A stretch of 10,304 bases of DNA from Armatimonadota bacterium (GTDB lineage: Bacteria > Sysuimicrobiota > Sysuimicrobiia > Sysuimicrobiales > Humicultoraceae). Position numbers and translations under genes: made by a program. This document shows positions 7,284 to 10,304 of the stretch, one piece after another. The stretch's first letter is position 1, and each line of letters starts with the position of its first letter. The stretch lies in contig JBBIJB010000077.1 in assembly GCA_037446215.1 (NCBI GenBank), positions 1 to 10,304 of the forward strand, in the 5' to 3' direction. The notes below the pieces were generated by a model. It did no database searches and was not told where the DNA came from. It worked only from the letters and a program-made list of their open reading frames with translations.

Positions 7284-8396
7284 ATGGCACGCTTGGCCGT
7301 CGCGATGAGCGGCGGCGTGGACAGCTCGGTTGCCGCGGCGTTGCTGGTCCAGGAGGGCCACGAGGTCGTGGGCCTGACCATGGACGTCTGGCCCAGCGCG
7401 CCTCCCGGCAGTGCCCGGAGTGAGAGCGCCTGCTGCGGCGAGGGCGCGATCGGGGATGCGCGCGCGGTGGCGGCTATGCTGGGCATCCGGCACTACGTGC
7501 TGAACCTGCGCGAGGAGTTCGAGCGGCACGTTATCGACTACTTCTGTGACGAGTACGTGCGTGGGCGCACCCCGAATCCCTGCGTCGCATGCAACAGGTA
7601 CGTGAAGTTCACCGCTCTGCTCGCAAGGGCGGAGGCGATGGGGTGCGATGGGCTGGCGACGGGGCACCATGCGCGCGTGTCGACCGGCGGGGCCAACGGG
7701 CGGAAGAGACTGCTCCGAGGCGTCGATCCGGCCAAGGACCAGTCCTATGTGCTCTGCACGGTGCCCTATGAGCGGCTCGCACGGCTCCGGTTCCCGGTGG
7801 GGAGCCTCGCGAAGGAGGAGGTCCGAGGGATCGCCAAGCGGCTGGGGCTCCCGGTGGCCGACAAGAGAGACAGCCAGGATATCTGCTTCGTCTCGGGGCG
7901 CGGCTACTCGGACTTGGTGATGGCCCGCCGGCCCTTTGCCTTCTCATCCGGAGAGATCCTCGATCTGGGAGGCAGGGCGGTGGGCAAGCACAGTGGGCTG
8001 GCGCGATACACCGTGGGGCAGCGCCGGGGGCTGAACCTGGCAGGCAGCCGACCTCAGTACGTGCTTGAGATCGATGCCCAGAGGAACGCCCTCGTCGTGG
8101 GGCCAGGAGAGGGGCTGGAGAGGCGCGGCCTCCTGGTTTCGGGTGTCAACTGGCTGGCGCCAGTATCGCTTCCATCACGGGCGACCGTCAGGATCAGGTA
8201 CTCGACACCGGATGTGCCGGCCGTTCTGCGGCCCGGCGGCGACGGCGTGGTAGTGGAGTTCCACACCCCCCAGCGCGCCCCGGCGGTCGGCCAGGTCGTG
8301 GCGTTCTACGACGGGGAGCTGGTGCTGGGAGGGGCAGTTGTGGATAGGGCAGGGATGCCCGGAGAGGAGATGACAGGGAATGAGCAGTCGAACTGA
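7284..8396 (+). CDS. mnmA: tRNA-specific 2-thiouridylase MnmA (C-type, CXXC + C)
   Basis: 370 aa from ATG 7284 (SD AAGGAG 7272-7277). AMSGGVDSS PP-loop, GRTPNPCVACN, ATGHHAR, KDQSY, DSQDICF, YTVGQRRGL, GQVVAFY. Confidence 0.97.
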   Translation: MARLAVAMSGGVDSSVAAALLVQEGHEVVGLTMDVWPSAPPGSARSESACCGEGAIGDARAVAAMLGIRHYVLNLREEFERHVIDYFCDEYVRGRTPNPCVACNRYVKFTALLARAEAMGCDGLATGHHARVSTGGANGRKRLLRGVDPAKDQSYVLCTVPYERLARLRFPVGSLAKEEVRGIAKRLGLPVADKRDSQDICFVSGRGYSDLVMARRPFAFSSGEILDLGGRAVGKHSGLARYTVGQRRGLNLAGSRPQYVLEIDAQRNALVVGPGEGLERRGLLVSGVNWLAPVSLPSRATVRIRYSTPDVPAVLRPGGDGVVVEFHTPQRAPAVGQVVAFYDGELVLGGAVVDRAGMPGEEMTGNEQSN

Positions 8397-8709
8397 CTTC
8401 ACCGCAGGGTTGATCATCGGTGGGCTGTTTGGAGCGGCACTGGCGCTCCTGCTGGCGCCCCGCTCGGGCGAGGACACCAGGCAGCGCCTCGCATCCACGG
8501 CCGAGGATCTGGGCGACCGGGCAAGGGATAGGGCCGATGAGGTCATCCGCAAGCTGCGCGTGGCCGCCGACGATCTGGCGACGAAGGGCCGCGGGAAGAT
8601 CAACGAGGGCGCGAGCAGGGTCCGCGAGGCGGTCGAGCGCGGCCGTGAGGCGATCGAGGAGAAGTTCTGGGAGCGAACCGGGCAGGAGGGGGAGCGTCAG
8701 GAGGGCTAG
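8380..8709 (+). CDS. YtxH-like (general stress) membrane-anchored protein
   Basis: 109 aa; FTAGLIIGGLFGAALALLLAPRSGEDTRQRL is the typical YtxH N-terminal anchor plus APxSGxxTR motif, followed by a charged helical region. Overlaps the mnmA end by 17 nt. Confidence 0.88.
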   Translation: MSSRTDFTAGLIIGGLFGAALALLLAPRSGEDTRQRLASTAEDLGDRARDRADEVIRKLRVAADDLATKGRGKINEGASRVREAVERGREAIEEKFWERTGQEGERQEG

Positions 8710-10039
8710 GCGCGTCACCCTCCGGATTCCGGGGCGGCTCAAGCCCGGCGTCGGGATCATCCGCAGCCTGCAGGCCGCCGGGTGGGAGAGTTACGTGGTC
8801 GGCGGCGCGGTTCGAGACATGTTGCTGGGCCGCCGGCCACACGATCTCGACCTCGCAACCGCCGCCCCGCCCGAGGTCGTCCGGACCATGTTCGAGCGGA
8901 CGCTTCACGTCGGGGAGGCGTTCGGGGTCACGGCTGTCATAGCCGACGGCCATCCCTACCAGGTCGCGACGTTCCGCAGCGAGGGCCCGTATCTTGATGG
9001 GAGAAGGCCATCATCCGTGGGGCGCGCGGACCTCGCCTCGGACGCGCTTCGCAGGGACTTCACAGTCAACGCGCTCTTCTACGACCCGGTAGGCGGCATC
9101 GTGCACGACCTCGTCGGGGGCTGCGCCGATCTGGAACGGCGGCAGATCCGCGCAGTCGGCGACCCCGCGGCCCGCTTCGCGGAGGACCACCTGAGGCTGC
9201 TCCGCGCCGTTCGTTTGGCGTCCGAGCTACAGTTCAGGATTGAGGAAGCCACCCTTGCCGCGTTGAGGAGCCTGGCGCGGGAGATCGACATCGTGAGCGT
9301 GGAGAGGGTGAGGGAGGAACTCGAGAGGCTCCTGGTCGCGCCGGGGCGCGAGGAGGCCGTGGTGCTGCTTGCTGACTGCGGCCTCCTGTCTTCGATCCTG
9401 CCCGAGGTGGCTGCGCTTCGCACCAGCGAGAGCGAGGGCGAAGATCTGCTCACCCACAGCAGCAAGGTGCTCGGCTGCCTGAGGCGACCCGACCTGCCGC
9501 TGGCGGTGGCCTCCGTGCTCCATCACGTTGAAGGGCGGGGTGGGGCGGAGGCGGTGTGCCGGAGGCTCCGACTCCCCTCGCGTCAGAGACGGGCCATCGT
9601 GGCGCTCCTTCGCGAGTTCGACGAGCTCGGGGGTAGCGGAGGAGTCCCGGGGCCTCTGGTCACGCGGCGGGTGGCGGAGGGCGGCAGCGCACGCCCGCTG
9701 CTCGAGCTGTGCCGAGCCCACGCGCTTGCGACTGGAGAGGGCCTTCGAGGCTACCGGCGGACCGCCCGGAACGTGGCCGCGCTGGTGACCAGGCTCAAGG
9801 GCCGGCTGTTGAGCGGGCACGACCTGATCGAGCTCGGCCACAGACCCGGCCCGCGACTCGGGCGGATCCTGGCGGCCGTGGAGGAAGCCCAGAGCCGCGG
9901 CGATATCGGCTCCGCGGACGATGCGCGAAGGTGGGTCGCGGCGCGCTTCCCTGCAGGATCGCCTGTGCGCGCCGTGGAACCAGCATGTGACACCAGCGAT
10001 AACAAGGGCGATATTGCGCCTGGAGGGTTGAATGTCTGA
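8696..10039 (+). CDS. cca: tRNA nucleotidyltransferase (class II CCA-adding enzyme, PcnB/CCA family); start codon uncertain (8645-8726)
   Basis: YVVGGAVRD...PHDLDLAT (DxD), loop TFRSEGPYLDGRRP, RRDFTVNAL, FAEDHLRLLRAVR (EDxxR), VSVERVREEL, C-terminal LLSGHDLIELG..PGP..G.IL. HVGEAFG lacks the poly(A) polymerase G[RK][RK]F signature. Confidence 0.9.
   Translation, partial: VRRARRVTLRIPGRLKPGVGIIRSLQAAGWESYVVGGAVRDMLLGRRPHDLDLATAAPPEVVRTMFERTLHVGEAFGVTAVIADGHPYQVATFRSEGPYLDGRRPSSVGRADLASDALRRDFTVNALFYDPVGGIVHDLVGGCADLERRQIRAVGDPAARFAEDHLRLLRAVRLASELQFRIEEATLAALRSLAREIDIVSVERVREELERLLVAPGREEAVVLLADCGLLSSILPEVAALRTSESEGEDLLTHSSKVLGCLRRPDLPLAVASVLHHVEGRGGAEAVCRRLRLPSRQRRAIVALLREFDELGGSGGVPGPLVTRRVAEGGSARPLLELCRAHALATGEGLRGYRRTARNVAALVTRLKGRLLSGHDLIELGHRPGPRLGRILAAVEEAQSRGDIGSADDARRWVAARFPAGSPVRAVEPACDTSDNKGDIAPGGLNV
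9953..9980 (+). promoter_or_regulatory. Putative sigmaH-like promoter inside the cca 3' end, upstream of the small ORF
   Basis: GC-AGGA (9955-9958), 18 nt, GAAC (9977-9980), about 50 nt upstream of ATG 10032. Confidence 0.45.
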
Positions 10040-10178
10040 ACGTGAGGCCGTCACGTTTGTCCTGTGGTCGCTTGCGGCGATGGTAGCGGTTGGAGCCGCG
10101 CTCCCGAGGCTTTGGCCCGGGCTCGTTCGGTTGGTGGACAGGGCCGTGCTGAAGGAGCACGTCGGCAAGAGGCACTAG
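10032..10178 (+). CDS. Small (48 aa) predicted single-pass membrane protein
   Basis: MSEREAVTFVLWSLAAMVAVGAALPRLWPGLVRLVDRAVLKEHVGKRH*. SD GGAGG 10022-10026, 5 nt before ATG; overlaps the cca stop by 8 nt; hydrophobic residues ~6-24 followed by a basic tail. Shorter than any ORF in the supplied track. Confidence 0.6.
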   Translation: MSEREAVTFVLWSLAAMVAVGAALPRLWPGLVRLVDRAVLKEHVGKRH

Positions 10179-10202
10179 GGTCTTCGGGGAGCGCGCCCAC
10201 CG

Positions 10203-10304
10203 ATGGAGCCAGCAGGAGGAGCCCACTACCAAGCGGCCGGGGATCCGGCAGCCGATCCGGCGCCGATCGGCGAGACGGCGTCTTCGGGTACCGCCATGCC
10301 GGAG
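10203..10304 (+). CDS. Possible 5' fragment of a downstream gene (hypothetical)
   Basis: ATG at 10203 with GGGGAG about 11 nt upstream; open to the window end (34 codons) with no recognisable motif. Confidence 0.25.
   Translation, partial: MEPAGGAHYQAAGDPAADPAPIGETASSGTAMPE

Noticed and set aside
6488..7486. 332-aa minus-strand ORF over rarA/mnmA, and similarly the 313-aa ORF 9227..10168 over cca
   Set aside because: Antisense shadows of conserved genes with no motifs.
8420..8644. N-terminal part of the 539-aa cca ORF
   Set aside because: Overlaps the well-supported YtxH-like gene in another frame and has no CCA-family similarity.
9986..10001. CRP-like site beginning TGTGA
   Set aside because: The second half-site is CGATA rather than TCACA; too weak to call.
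10242..10270. Short repeated GATCCGGC / GCCGATC motifs
   Set aside because: Two to three imperfect 7-8 nt copies in GC-rich DNA, not a CRISPR array or a meaningful tandem repeat.

Overview
GC-rich (roughly 70% by eye) bacterial chromosomal window dominated by a tRNA/translation housekeeping cluster with Firmicutes-like (Terrabacteria) organisation. In order: a divergent sugar-phosphate nucleotidyltransferase (minus strand, running off the left edge); a sigma70/sigmaA promoter and a complete T-box riboswitch reading tRNA-Asp; hisS-aspS; a 6S RNA of the B. subtilis 6S-1 type with its own promoter and terminator; a convergent radical SAM gene of unknown function with a CX4CX2C motif; rarA; mnmA; a YtxH-like protein; a CCA-adding enzyme with a degenerate HD domain and no convincing canonical start; and an unlisted 48-aa membrane peptide. 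The least expected signal is a repeated AGG(A/G)-N18-GAAC element, resembling a sigmaH-type promoter, upstream of three non-housekeeping genes (nucleotidyltransferase, radical SAM, small peptide), while the housekeeping units carry sigmaA-type promoters. No mobile element, CRISPR array, tRNA or rRNA gene was seen. Most of the window is ordinary core genome, and the novel-system claims are inferences that need testing.
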